Shown in pieces: positions 42,013 to 52,300 of a DNA stretch of 64,000 bases. The position numbers and the translations under genes are program-made. The first letter of the stretch is position 1; each line of letters begins with the position of its first letter. The stretch covers positions 64,001 through 128,000 of the forward strand of contig JAYTSD010000004.1 in NCBI GenBank assembly GCA_043745805.1, in the 5' to 3' direction. Source of the stretch: Fibrobacteria bacterium (GTDB lineage Bacteria; Fibrobacterota; Fibrobacteria; UBA11236). The notes under the pieces are model-generated. The model searched no databases. It saw only the letters and a program-made list of their open reading frames with translations, and had not been told where the DNA came from.

Positions 42013-43041
42013 TTATCTCCAAATATAAGGTGGATAATAATCCATATCTCCGCGAATAGTTCGAGCTAGCAATAATGCCTGCACATGAAATAAAAGACCC
42101 ATCTCCACTTTTTCATTTAAGAACGGATGAGTGATTTCTTCACTTTTTCTTTTTTGATAAGCAATAAGAACTGCTTTTCGTGTACCGCTTTCCATTTCAA
42201 CAGCACCATTTGGCGAAATAATAAAACCATTACTATCAACTTGTTTGAGGTTAACCAAGCTAAGTGCTAATCGATCTGCAAGACAAGCACGAAACTCTTC
42301 AATAATGTCTAAAGCTAAACTAGCGCGACCGGGTCTATCCGTATGAAGAAATCCTGCCGATGGATCAAGTCCCACACCTTGTAAAGCAGATTCAATATCA
42401 TTAGTAACAAGCGCATATATAAAAGACAGTAAACAATTTATTCTATCAAGAGGAGGTCTTCGGTTACGTCCTGAAAAATTAAATTCTGGTTTTTGATGAA
42501 GTATAAGGTGATTAAAAACACTAAAATATACGCTTGCGGATTCCCCTTCAATACCGCGAGCTATCTCAATATCCTGACAACTTTTAACTTTTTGCAGATA
42601 ATGTCCAAGTCGAGTAATTGCGATTTGAATTTTTCCTTCATCTTCAAATTCGTGATTGCGTAAGGCACGCATTAACACGGCGCGAGAATTTCCAATCTTT
42701 GCAGCCAATAAAGCTTGAACATAGCGAATGCTCTGTTGCTTATCATCGGCAATACGATATTGATGTTTGCGAAGCAAAATATTTCCACTTTGCGGCCCCA
42801 CAACACGACCAAGAAACCTTCCTCTTTCAGTAAAGAAGGCTAATCCAACATTATTTTCAGCACAAAATCCAATAGCGAAAGGAGAGATTAAAACATTTCC
42901 AAAACACACTACATTCCAAATACCGTGAATAGGAATTTGAAAAACTTTTTTACCATCGTGTTCAATAATTAAGGTCTCGCGTTGTTTATGCACATAACTG
43001 CCTTGGGTCGTTATGTATAAGGTATTGAGATGCTTTTTCAT
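42013..43041 (-). CDS. cas1: Type I-C Cas1
   Basis: HLNTLYITTQG, RGIEG, RNRRPPLD, GFLH.DRPGR.SLALD..EEFR. Confidence 0.96.
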   Translation of the reverse strand: MKKHLNTLYITTQGSYVHKQRETLIIEHDGKKVFQIPIHGIWNVVCFGNVLISPFAIGFCAENNVGLAFFTERGRFLGRVVGPQSGNILLRKHQYRIADDKQQSIRYVQALLAAKIGNSRAVLMRALRNHEFEDEGKIQIAITRLGHYLQKVKSCQDIEIARGIEGESASVYFSVFNHLILHQKPEFNFSGRNRRPPLDRINCLLSFIYALVTNDIESALQGVGLDPSAGFLHTDRPGRASLALDIIEEFRACLADRLALSLVNLKQVDSNGFIISPNGAVEMESGTRKAVLIAYQKRKSEEITHPFLNEKVEMGLLFHVQALLLARTIRGDMDYYPPYIWR

Positions 43042-43700
43042 AAATCAAATAGGGACTGAAAATATTTTGATGAATGTGATATTGGATTCCAAGGCAGGCA
43101 AATATTTTGCAGCGAACATGCTTTACATTTTTCTCCAGGTTCAGCGGGTGGTGTTTTCCCTTCGCGAAATAAAACATGTAAGCGTTCAGCTGTTTCAAAC
43201 GTTTTTTGACGCAATTCAGCATCAAGTAATACAATTTGTCTTCGCCGAGTTTGATGATAAAAAAGGTCTGCTTCTGTTAATGAAATATTAAACGCTTCTT
43301 CTAAACAAATTGCTTGAGCGCAGAGTTGTACATTGTCGTAAGGACCAGTTTTAACCTTTCCACGTTTATATTCTACAGGCCTTGGGAGCCAAAGACCCGT
43401 TAGTCCAAACTTTTCCAAACCGATTCCATGGATAGTATCTTTTGTGGTTCGACGAAATTCAACCACATCCGCTTTACCACTTACTTTTAGCTGCTGACTT
43501 TTGATAGGAAGAGATCGCGTAACATACAAGTCACTGCGTTTTTCATCCTTACCACTATCAACTTTTTCGTGCAAAATTTGACCTTGTATTGTGAACGTAT
43601 TTTCCTCCCATGCGCGCTCCAAATGGATCAATGCGCATTGACGCTCGCAGAACAAAATGTGCTGGAGCGCCGAAATGGGGAGGAAATCTTCTTCGTTCAT
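43038..43700 (-). CDS. cas4: Cas4 nuclease
   Basis: FCERQ, GKADVVE, PVEYKRG, QLCAQ, C..CSL...C. Confidence 0.95.
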   Translation of the reverse strand: MNEEDFLPISALQHILFCERQCALIHLERAWEENTFTIQGQILHEKVDSGKDEKRSDLYVTRSLPIKSQQLKVSGKADVVEFRRTTKDTIHGIGLEKFGLTGLWLPRPVEYKRGKVKTGPYDNVQLCAQAICLEEAFNISLTEADLFYHQTRRRQIVLLDAELRQKTFETAERLHVLFREGKTPPAEPGEKCKACSLQNICLPWNPISHSSKYFQSLFDL

Positions 43701-43733
43701 TATGGCTATTGCTATTTTAAATAGCGATATTGA

Positions 43734-44675
43734 TCACGCCATACGAATTAATTTTACACCATTTCCCAAGTCTCTATTTGATCCTACATCTGGAAGTGGT
43801 TTACCATCAAATAGAACGTCATAATCATTAAATGATCTAGCTGGGCCAGTACTTCCTTCTCTGCGCTTGACTTCAGCACGTTCAAATAAAGTATGAGCGG
43901 GAGAATTACCAAGGGCAGAACTGTGTTCAAATACAAGGAGTGGTCGTGTGGACATAAGGCCTCTTGCAGCCGATCGATCATGCTCAAACATATTTTTTAG
44001 TGCTTCCCAAAAAACTGTAAGATCATCTTCAGTAAATTCTGTTTGTGCTGCGAGATGCGCCGAGATGAATCCATGTGAGCGATAAAGCCCATACGGAATT
44101 GTAAATTTACGACCCATAGTACGATTATCTCCACCTTGCTTTTCAGCATCAGCTTCAGTAGTTACCGCCATACGAGTGATGCTATGCTCTAACACTACAA
44201 CTGGCTCGATTGAACGAGCAAAAGTCATTTGAATAGGTCCACGAACTTGTCCAGCATTTGCACCTGTACTCATAACAGCACCGAATGTTCGAATATCAAA
44301 ATATGTTTTGCACATACGTGATCGGCCCTTGCTTATTTCGCTTCCTTGAGCATCACCTTTACTATTACGTTTCTTCCCGTCTTTAATATCCTGAGGTTCT
44401 TTCTCAAGGTCTATTCCAAGATCAGCGTAGGCACCAGCTATTTTTTGATTTAATATAGCCTTCTCTTTTACGAAAATATCATACGTTGGTTTACCTTCAT
44501 TTGTAAGTGAAACAAAATTCCGCACCTTGCGCTTGAGGCAAACATCTGTTACTAGCCCCATTCCTGTTTCTGCATCTATACGAGGAAGATTACCGGCATC
44601 TGGATCGCCATTTGGATTTCCATCTTGCACATCGAATAATAAAATGAAATCGTAACGTTTGTTAATAGTGCTCAT
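43734..44675 (-). CDS. cas7: Type I-C Cas7/Csd2
   Basis: [38 protein letters not shown]. Confidence 0.96.
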   Translation of the reverse strand: MSTINKRYDFILLFDVQDGNPNGDPDAGNLPRIDAETGMGLVTDVCLKRKVRNFVSLTNEGKPTYDIFVKEKAILNQKIAGAYADLGIDLEKEPQDIKDGKKRNSKGDAQGSEISKGRSRMCKTYFDIRTFGAVMSTGANAGQVRGPIQMTFARSIEPVVVLEHSITRMAVTTEADAEKQGGDNRTMGRKFTIPYGLYRSHGFISAHLAAQTEFTEDDLTVFWEALKNMFEHDRSAARGLMSTRPLLVFEHSSALGNSPAHTLFERAEVKRREGSTGPARSFNDYDVLFDGKPLPDVGSNRDLGNGVKLIRMA

Positions 44676-44681
44676 GTTTAA

Positions 44682-46412
44682 TTATCCTTCTTTTGTTGGT
44701 TGTTCTGGTTTTTCAGATTTTGTGAAAAATGCTTGACGTTGATGATAATAACCAATCGCAAAACGCGCTTGATCTTCCATAGATAGATGACTTGGCATAT
44801 CTGGAAGCATTCCTCCAAAAATTTCCCCAAGGCGTTTTTCATGTGCGCCTCGAAATGCATGATTTTCCAATTTCGCTAAATGATGATTCTTTAGTTTTAG
44901 TAGTTGCGGAAAAACACTTACTGGACTAGAACTTGCTGCTCCATAAAAGCGGTCACGAATAGTAGCATTAATTCCTGGTTGAGCATCTTCTTGAATTTTT
45001 TCGAGCGCAGCAAAAAGTCTTCCTAGCCTATACCCGGGGTTAGTATTAGTGGAATCAAGTGCCATAGTTATCTCCTGCTGTATTGAATTGAGTTGTATGT
45101 TTCGTTTTCGATTAAGGCAACCTTTCAAAAGAGATGCCTGTGTACGTTTCACTTCACGGTTGGCCCTGATTCGGCGAACAACTTGTTGTAAAAGTGTTGT
45201 AGGAAATGGTCCACCTGTTAGGATAGAGCGCATGACGTTTCCCGCCAGATTTGGAGGAATGTTTTCAATTTTATTTTGAAGCGCTATATCAGAAAGCAAG
45301 AAGAAGAGAGCGTAACTTCCTTTGTCTCCATTGGGCTTCACAATTTCTAAGTCTTTAAAATATTTTTGAAGATTTTCAGAGAAATCAGCTACTGTACCAG
45401 TATGCCAAAACCGTACAGATACTCTAGCCGCATTGGGCGAAAGTCCTAAAACAAAAAAACGTGCGTCTTCATTTGGAAGACTAGATCCTGTATAGGGACT
45501 TTTCAAAAGCGTTTCAACTGCTTTTATATCTCTATCGGGATCATCTTTACTCACACTCCAGTAAGAAAAAAAATCTTCCTCTAGCGATGTTTTTTTGTCG
45601 GACCAAAATACTGTAGTAGCATCGCCAACCTGAACTTTGTTTTTCGAATCGCGACTGAGTAGCATATTTAGAGCTGTCGTATAGGCAAAAGTTGCAAAGT
45701 TACTGATCGGAGCGTTCTTATTTTGTTCTTTTCCATAGGAACGGAAAGCCGATAAATTAAAGGAACTTATTGCTCCTCCTGCTGGTTGCGCATCTCGAAC
45801 ACCTTTGATCGCTGGATGGAGTTGCGATATAGGCGATTTCTTTCCCAATATTAGGCAAATGCCTTCGCTCGATGAATTAATCGAAACGATACTAGAAGCG
45901 AGGGTTTCGCAAATTGAAGTTGATTCTGATCCGTCAATTCTAAATACAACATTAGAATTGGCATTAACCTCGCACATCTCTTTCCAGATGTTAGCATCTT
46001 TGGAACTGGCTTCGATTTGTAAGATAGGATTAGAATCGAGAAATCGAATAAGGGCATCGCGATCAGGATGATCAATAAGATTGGTAATCAAACGATTTCG
46101 AAAAGCTAAATGTCGAGATGCAGCATCATCTCTTCCGCGGGGGTTGGCTCCAAGCGCATATTCAATATTATCCCATAAGAGATTAGCTTTTATACCTGAT
46201 GCTCTTTTTTCTCCGGCTGGAACTAAGAAAGAACGAGTTCGCCTTTTTTTTCCTTCCCCTTCTCTAGTATCTTCTAATGCTATAAATTTTCCGTCACGAT
46301 TTATTACTACTACAAATGAGATATCTTTCCATTCAAAACCTTCGGGTGCGATTCCGCTTTCTGGATCTAATGCCTTTCTTTGATAATAATCATAAAGAGC
46401 TTGCAGAATCAT
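44682..46412 (-). CDS. cas8c: Type I-C Cas8c/Csd1
   Basis: MILQALYDYY, HPAIKGV, LSPNAARVSVRFW, GRLFAALEKIQ, GYYHQ. Confidence 0.95.
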   Translation of the reverse strand: MILQALYDYYQRKALDPESGIAPEGFEWKDISFVVVINRDGKFIALEDTREGEGKKRRTRSFLVPAGEKRASGIKANLLWDNIEYALGANPRGRDDAASRHLAFRNRLITNLIDHPDRDALIRFLDSNPILQIEASSKDANIWKEMCEVNANSNVVFRIDGSESTSICETLASSIVSINSSSEGICLILGKKSPISQLHPAIKGVRDAQPAGGAISSFNLSAFRSYGKEQNKNAPISNFATFAYTTALNMLLSRDSKNKVQVGDATTVFWSDKKTSLEEDFFSYWSVSKDDPDRDIKAVETLLKSPYTGSSLPNEDARFFVLGLSPNAARVSVRFWHTGTVADFSENLQKYFKDLEIVKPNGDKGSYALFFLLSDIALQNKIENIPPNLAGNVMRSILTGGPFPTTLLQQVVRRIRANREVKRTQASLLKGCLNRKRNIQLNSIQQEITMALDSTNTNPGYRLGRLFAALEKIQEDAQPGINATIRDRFYGAASSSPVSVFPQLLKLKNHHLAKLENHAFRGAHEKRLGEIFGGMLPDMPSHLSMEDQARFAIGYYHQRQAFFTKSEKPEQPTKEG

Positions 46413-47134
46413 TTGCGCACCTCATCGCTGTCCCACGACGGTAGATTGATTATTCCATTTTTTATGGTTGGTCGAAAAAAAGTAGGTTTGGGATCGGTTG
46501 CATCTGAAAAATCCATATCATATAACATGAATCCTAAGTCGCGTGATTCTGCTATTGGTGGATTCTTAGCTTGCTCTTCAGCTAGATTAGCTTCGCTTAA
46601 TAAACGGAAAGCACAACTAAATTCACGACAACCTAAATAAGGTTGATTAAAACATTGTCCTTTAGTGGCTCTGCGCTCAAACATTGCATTGTATTTACCT
46701 GGATTCTCATCTTTAGCCCAATCAATACGCTCTTCAACCTCCACCAATTCTTCTGAAACTGGGTTCATTATTTTAGGACGCTTCGGTGGTGGTATAAATT
46801 CCATTTCAGCATAGAGACGGTAAGCGATATCTCGAAGAAAAAGCCCTGCACGTTGTTGCCGTTCATCTTCAATTAGAATACCATCACTTCCTGAAGAAGC
46901 TATTTTACCGATTTCGTTACGACGCACAGATATCCATCGAATTGGATTTAATACTTCAATTTTATTAATTCTCCATACTATTGCGGGCTTCCAAAATATA
47001 GCTTCGAAAATAGCACGCGCTGCCGATGGAGTAATAACATCATAACTGACGCGCTCTACTTTCATTTCTGGGCGCGTGAAGCAAGCATAGTCGCCTCGAA
47101 CTTCTAAACAAAATGATCTATTTTTGTAAATCAA
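46409..47134 (-). CDS. cas5: Type I-C Cas5d
   Basis: ACFTRPEMKVERVSYDVITPSAAR, PYLGCREF. Confidence 0.96.
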   Translation of the reverse strand: MIYKNRSFCLEVRGDYACFTRPEMKVERVSYDVITPSAARAIFEAIFWKPAIVWRINKIEVLNPIRWISVRRNEIGKIASSGSDGILIEDERQQRAGLFLRDIAYRLYAEMEFIPPPKRPKIMNPVSEELVEVEERIDWAKDENPGKYNAMFERRATKGQCFNQPYLGCREFSCAFRLLSEANLAEEQAKNPPIAESRDLGFMLYDMDFSDATDPKPTFFRPTIKNGIINLPSWDSDEVRK

Positions 47135-47155
47135 AACAAGGACCGTCCTTTCTTT

Positions 47156-49441
47156 TCAATAAATAAATTCCGTACCATCATACACTGGCCCATCAATGCG
47201 TAAGCCAAAAGTGTAGTCGTACAAGCCGGAAACACATTGTGCCCATAATCCAAGAGCACCTTCTGGGCCTATCACTTCCATGATGACCCCTTGATCTCGA
47301 AGTTTTTGCCAAACAATTTGAGGCACATTAACTGTGAATCGCTGAAGACGCCGCATCCGCTCCCGAGTCGGACCATATTTTGTGACTTCTTCTATAATTT
47401 CCTGACTAGTAAATTTACTAGTCGCATGCCACACCACAATTCCACGATACCCTTGCTCATCTATAAGCTGATACCACAAGGCAGCAGACCGAAATTGAAA
47501 CTGACATCGTCCTGCATCCACTATCAAATGCTGTTTGAATATATCTTTACCAAAATCGTTAACACGTCCATAAAAAAAATGGAAATAGCGTTGAAAAGCT
47601 TCCGGTGCTAAACGATGAGCCAGTTCTGGTGCAGTGCGCATCACTTCTGCGCCAGCATCTTCCCCTTTACGCAAAAGACCTTGCGGGGATGGCTTTGGTG
47701 GATGAAAGATTACTACGTCACCCAGTTTCCCATCCAAATTTAATCGACCTTCTCGATTGCATCGTCCAGCAGCTTGAGCGATACTATCAAGTCCGGCCAT
47801 TGCCCGATAGACAACAGGAAAGTCAATATCCACTCCCGCTTCGACAAGTTGGGTACTTATGACTCGTAAAGGATTTCCTTTTTGCAAATCGTCTTTAATC
47901 TGAGCCACCACCTGTGAGCGATGAACTCCACACATAAGTGCGGATAAATGCACTGGTGTTTCTCCAGTATGTTTCTGGACAGCTTCCCAAAGGTCACGGC
48001 AATCTTGCCGTCGATTAACAATGCACAATACTTGTGAGTGCTTCGCAAGGGATTGTGACAAAGTCGCCCAATCCACTCGTTCATCACTGTATACACGAAG
48101 GGCTACTCGCCTAAGAGTGTGCGCCAAATTAATAGGATCGCGAATGATTTCACGTACATTATTTATACCATTAAATTTAACTTTGCCGGATCCAATATCC
48201 CCAATCAAAGCAGGCTGAGTAGCTGTACACAATACAACCGTGCATCCAAAATGAGCCACGAGACCTTTTAAGACCGAAAGAGTAGGAGCTAGTTTTTCCG
48301 GAGGTAACATCTGCGCTTCGTCAAGGATAATGACTGAATTTGCAAGATTATGAAGCTTTCTACATCGACTAGTTCGTGCTGCAAATAATGACTCAAATAA
48401 TTGCACATTAGTAGTAACTACAATAGGTACATCCCAATTCTCAGATGAAAGTCGTCCTTTTGGTGTCTCTCGATCTAAATCGAGATTACTATGATGCTCC
48501 AGAACATTTACTGATCCAAAAATCTTTATGAGCTCTTGTGCGGTCTGCTCAATTATACTTGTAAATGGAATTGCTACTACTATACGACGCTTATTATGCT
48601 TCAGAGAATGTTCTAATGCAAAGGCCACAGAAGAAAGAGTTTTCCCACCACCTGTTGGCACTGTTAGAGAAAAGAATCCTGATTCCAGCTTTCCTGCCCC
48701 TATACAATCTTCTAATACTTGTCTGCGAATTTTGTTTACAGGAAGATCAAAGAGTTTTTTTTCTTGAAGTTCAATATTCCTTTCTGCATTCCTAATATTA
48801 AAAACATCTAAAAGCGCCTTTAGGTTAGTGGTAGAACCACGCAAAGCCGATTTTTTCGGATCCATAAAGGCTTCTGTGTCTAAAAAATCGGCATCAACTA
48901 ATGAGGAAAAAAGCATTCTAATCCATAAATGTGCATGCTCAGGATCAGGAGGTGGCCTGGATTTGGGCATTGCTGCATTTAAAATTTCTTCGGGTATCGG
49001 AGCTTTTTTTGTTTCTTCTAAATGCTGTTTATCATTTAATCTCTCTTCAAGCCCTCGACCTTCTGCCTCCGCTTTTAACCAATCAGGGAGACCCGCATGA
49101 TGCCCTGCAATTAAATACGCCAAGATTTTCCCTACTCCCCCGTGACGTGATACAGCATGAATGGCACCCGCTGTACTATGATCAACCTTGCCTGGTGTAT
49201 TTTCCAAATGAGCGTCTGGATTATAGCCGCTAGCAGAACGAATATAGGTTTGAAAATCAGATTTATACTTTCCTAAGTCATGCCAAATTCCAGCTAAGAA
49301 CGCCCATTCAGCAGAATCAAATGTTGATGCAAAGTTTTCTGCTAATGTTGCTACTGCTTGAAGATGTTCTTCCAAAGAATGCTGGATCCAATTCCCATTC
49401 TCATCTTTCCGAACATGAGCTAAATAATTTGACATACCCAA
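47156..49441 (-). CDS. cas3: Cas3 HD nuclease-helicase
   Basis: HDLGK, HHAGL, LVDADFLDT, PTGGGKT, DEAQ, QAAGRCNR; GGGGAG RBS before TTG. Confidence 0.96.
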   Translation of the reverse strand: MGMSNYLAHVRKDENGNWIQHSLEEHLQAVATLAENFASTFDSAEWAFLAGIWHDLGKYKSDFQTYIRSASGYNPDAHLENTPGKVDHSTAGAIHAVSRHGGVGKILAYLIAGHHAGLPDWLKAEAEGRGLEERLNDKQHLEETKKAPIPEEILNAAMPKSRPPPDPEHAHLWIRMLFSSLVDADFLDTEAFMDPKKSALRGSTTNLKALLDVFNIRNAERNIELQEKKLFDLPVNKIRRQVLEDCIGAGKLESGFFSLTVPTGGGKTLSSVAFALEHSLKHNKRRIVVAIPFTSIIEQTAQELIKIFGSVNVLEHHSNLDLDRETPKGRLSSENWDVPIVVTTNVQLFESLFAARTSRCRKLHNLANSVIILDEAQMLPPEKLAPTLSVLKGLVAHFGCTVVLCTATQPALIGDIGSGKVKFNGINNVREIIRDPINLAHTLRRVALRVYSDERVDWATLSQSLAKHSQVLCIVNRRQDCRDLWEAVQKHTGETPVHLSALMCGVHRSQVVAQIKDDLQKGNPLRVISTQLVEAGVDIDFPVVYRAMAGLDSIAQAAGRCNREGRLNLDGKLGDVVIFHPPKPSPQGLLRKGEDAGAEVMRTAPELAHRLAPEAFQRYFHFFYGRVNDFGKDIFKQHLIVDAGRCQFQFRSAALWYQLIDEQGYRGIVVWHATSKFTSQEIIEEVTKYGPTRERMRRLQRFTVNVPQIVWQKLRDQGVIMEVIGPEGALGLWAQCVSGLYDYTFGLRIDGPVYDGTEFIY

Positions 49442-49455
49442 AACCTAACTCCCCA

Positions 49456-49476
49456 CACTCTCAAAACCTGATAGTG
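49456..49476. promoter_or_regulatory. Candidate WYL-regulator operator upstream of cas3
   Basis: CACTCTCA-N5-TGATAGTG (7/8 inverted repeat) in the 45-bp WYL-cas3 gap. Confidence 0.55.
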
Positions 49477-49486
49477 AAACAAAAAA

Positions 49487-50455
49487 TCAAACATATTTTT
49501 TCGCCGCCGCCTTCAACGTTCCCAACACTTTCGCTCGCAAAAAAAGCGGATCTACTACTTCCACCTCATCCCCATACCGCAGAATATCCATTAACAATTC
49601 CCTTTCATCCCCAAAAGGAAGTTTCAAACGATAACTTCCATCAGCCAACCACTCTCCAATTTGCTTTGGATGCCATTGCTCTTGCGATACAAATCTCGCT
49701 GCTGTTTTATGAAAAATTAATTCTGCTATATGCTTGGCCTTACCTGCAAAAATTCCGTACGACTCGGTAAAGTGATCCTGCAAAATATTTTTATCCTCAG
49801 AGCGAGCTTTGCTTTTTAAAACTTCTACTCCAGTAATTCGATTTAAAGCAAATGATCGAAGACCCTGCCGAAAATGACACCATGCGTCCAAATACCAATT
49901 GTCGCGATAACGAACTAAACTTTGTGGACATACCGTGCGCAGGGTAGCGGTTCCATCGCTACCTCTTATATAATTCAACTTTAATTGCTTACGAAGGAGT
50001 ACACCTTCGGCGATAGATTTAAAAATACCCTCGCCAATCTTTCTTGTGCCCATAGGCAAAAGACGTATGCGATTTTCCCAATTGGAAAGTGGAATTTCAT
50101 TTTCATTTAATAGCTTGGTAAGTTTTTCACGCAAAGGAGCAAATTGTTCTTGCAGTATATCGGCGTGCATTTCGCGTAAAATATTTTCTAAGGAAATTAA
50201 GGCGGCTAATTCCTCGCCACTAAACCATAAACCAGGTAACTCATAAGTTTCCGCATCTGCAAGATCATAACGATACCCCTTATATTTCCTATCGCACAGA
50301 ATGGGCGCGGCCAGCTTGTCGCGCATGAATTTAACTACACGATAAAAAGTAGCCGAAGAGCAATGCAATTCTTTTTGTATTCGCATTGCGGGCGTAGCAT
50401 ATCGATGTTGCATTAAATAGCGATGCAAAGCATAAACCATTTCAAATCGTACCAT
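49487..50455 (-). CDS. HTH-WYL-WCX transcriptional regulator (YafY/PafBC-like)
   Basis: N-terminal HTH (CSSATFYR), P..L..YRDNWYLDAWCH.RQGLRSFALNRI, ILRYGDEVEVVDP. Confidence 0.92.
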   Translation of the reverse strand: MVRFEMVYALHRYLMQHRYATPAMRIQKELHCSSATFYRVVKFMRDKLAAPILCDRKYKGYRYDLADAETYELPGLWFSGEELAALISLENILREMHADILQEQFAPLREKLTKLLNENEIPLSNWENRIRLLPMGTRKIGEGIFKSIAEGVLLRKQLKLNYIRGSDGTATLRTVCPQSLVRYRDNWYLDAWCHFRQGLRSFALNRITGVEVLKSKARSEDKNILQDHFTESYGIFAGKAKHIAELIFHKTAARFVSQEQWHPKQIGEWLADGSYRLKLPFGDERELLMDILRYGDEVEVVDPLFLRAKVLGTLKAAAKKYV

Positions 50456-50508
50456 GAACCGGCCCTCATCTAAGGAATATGAATGCTAGTAACTAATTGA
50501 AATATCAA

Positions 50509-50571
50509 CTTCATACATTTTGATTACAAATGAATTATTTGCTTGCGTGTTACTCGGCACTTCGACAGGCT
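50509..50571 (+). repeat. Left copy of 63-bp direct repeat bounding the island
   Basis: 62/63 identical to 55140-55202. Confidence 0.93.
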
Positions 50572-50581
50572 TGCATGTCCC

Positions 50582-51460
50582 TTATTCGGCTTCTTCGTAG
50601 TAGTAGGAATAGTCAATTCCCTTCATGAACATTTCCCGGTCATGAATTTTATCGGTTAATGACTTGGTGATCAATTTTTTCAGCATGGAGTTATCCGTCA
50701 CACTGAGTCTCACGGCTTCCAGATATTTATTTTTATTGATCTTGCTCCAGTCAACACAGCGGGCATGTTTTTTCTTTAGCATCAAATCCAGCCAGATCCT
50801 TGCCGTTCTGCCATTGCCTTCCATGAAAGGGTGGGCAATATTCATTTCGGTATATTTGTTGATGACATTTTCAATCGAATCTTCCAGCATTTTTTCTATT
50901 GCAACTAGCGTAGTTGGCAGAAACCCGGCTGCGGCAAATTGAAAACCACCTTTGCTGATATTTTTTGTGCGAATTAAACCTGCAAAATCATACAAGCCGC
51001 CAAAAAGATAGGCGTGTATTTGCTGCAAACCCTTAACTGTACCCACTTCAATACTGTCGATAAAAGAACTTTCAAAAAGAGCATAGGCTTTTGATTTGCT
51101 CTTGCCGTCGATCGTTTCTTCGCTGTATAAAAACCACTCAATAAAGCGATTTGACTTAGTGTTGGGAAGGTTTTTTGCGAGCGTTATTACACCATCGGAA
51201 TCAATCACATCGGAAAGCCGTTTTTTTCCATCAGGTGCCAACAATTTCAACTGGTTAGTGCCACTACCCAGTTGAAGGTTTTCTTTTTTCAGCTTTGCTT
51301 TTAAATATTTCCAGTAATTACGGTTTTTTTCGTAATTTTCCTGGTCATTTAATACACCCACAATGTCCAGTACGGAAAACCACCAACGAGACCCTGTATC
51401 GTTCCACACCGCGCGGACTTCTCGGTCATTAAAAAACCGGATGGAAATTTTCTCTTTCAT
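50582..51460 (-). CDS. Fic-domain AMP-transferase with N-terminal Bro-N-like domain
   Basis: HPFMEGNGRTAR intact; C-terminal SYYYEE resembles the class III autoinhibitory helix; N-terminal VRAVW..WWFSVLDIV. Confidence 0.88.
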   Translation of the reverse strand: MKEKISIRFFNDREVRAVWNDTGSRWWFSVLDIVGVLNDQENYEKNRNYWKYLKAKLKKENLQLGSGTNQLKLLAPDGKKRLSDVIDSDGVITLAKNLPNTKSNRFIEWFLYSEETIDGKSKSKAYALFESSFIDSIEVGTVKGLQQIHAYLFGGLYDFAGLIRTKNISKGGFQFAAAGFLPTTLVAIEKMLEDSIENVINKYTEMNIAHPFMEGNGRTARIWLDLMLKKKHARCVDWSKINKNKYLEAVRLSVTDNSMLKKLITKSLTDKIHDREMFMKGIDYSYYYEEAE

Positions 51461-52287
51461 GATTTGCCACCCGTTTCGAGCAATTTTCGTTCTGCTATCC
51501 GCTCGCGCACCTCAATGAGTGCGTTGTGCAGTTTTTGTTCAAGCAATTCTTTAGGTGGAAGATTTGTCCAATATTCGGCAACCATTATGTTGTCTTTTTG
51601 CATATTGAGCAGTTCCACAAATGCAAAGGAATTTCCCAATTCCAGGATGAAAAGCTCCAATTCTTTTAGAATTGCATTTTCTAATTCATTTTCAAGGTAG
51701 CCTTCTTTCAGACCCAGAAAATCGAGAAAATAAGGATCTTTAAAATTTCCAGTAAGGTGATTCGCATTCGCTAAGGTTAGTTTTGTATCCGCAATTTCGG
51801 TTCGTTCAAATGCTTTACGTTCTATTTGATCCTTTAAAACCCGCTTGCTCCAGTGTAATTCACTCGCCATGCGGGCATAAAAAAAACGAGCTTCAGGAGG
51901 TTTTAAAGGAATTAGCAATAAAAAATGCGACTAGGTTAATTGTCGTGCCAGTGGAACGACAATCTCGAAATCAGAAAAAACCTCCGCAAACTGCATCATT
52001 CGACGAAGATTTTTCGCCTCAAAGCTTTTGCCATAAAGCAAGATTAGCTCCTGCGCCAGAGACTCCACAACCTGTTTGCCGTATTCGGCCCGCTCACCCT
52101 GTAAAATAGATTCGTTGATCCGTTTACCCACATGCCAATAGGTTGTTGTAAGAGCATTGTTGACCGCTACAATCGCCTGACGACGACCTTGATCAATAAG
52201 CACCTTTAAATCGTGCACCAAATCACCATTGACTATTACAAAGTTTTGCGCGCTTATTGCAGAGTCAGCTTTTATTTCGTCATTCAT
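51457..52287 (-). pseudogene. DUF1016/YhcG-like PD-(D/E)XK nuclease, inactivated
   Basis: RAEYGKQV, FKDPYFLDFL; in-frame TAG at 51931-51933 where Trp is expected (T*SHF); apparent internal deletion at ~51615. Confidence 0.85.
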
Positions 52288-52300
52288 AATTTAATCCTAA

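Noticed and set aside
51931..51933. Programmed amber read-through in DUF1016
   Set aside because: A single TGG to TAG change in a gene that has also lost its catalytic core; other genes here use TAG as a normal stop
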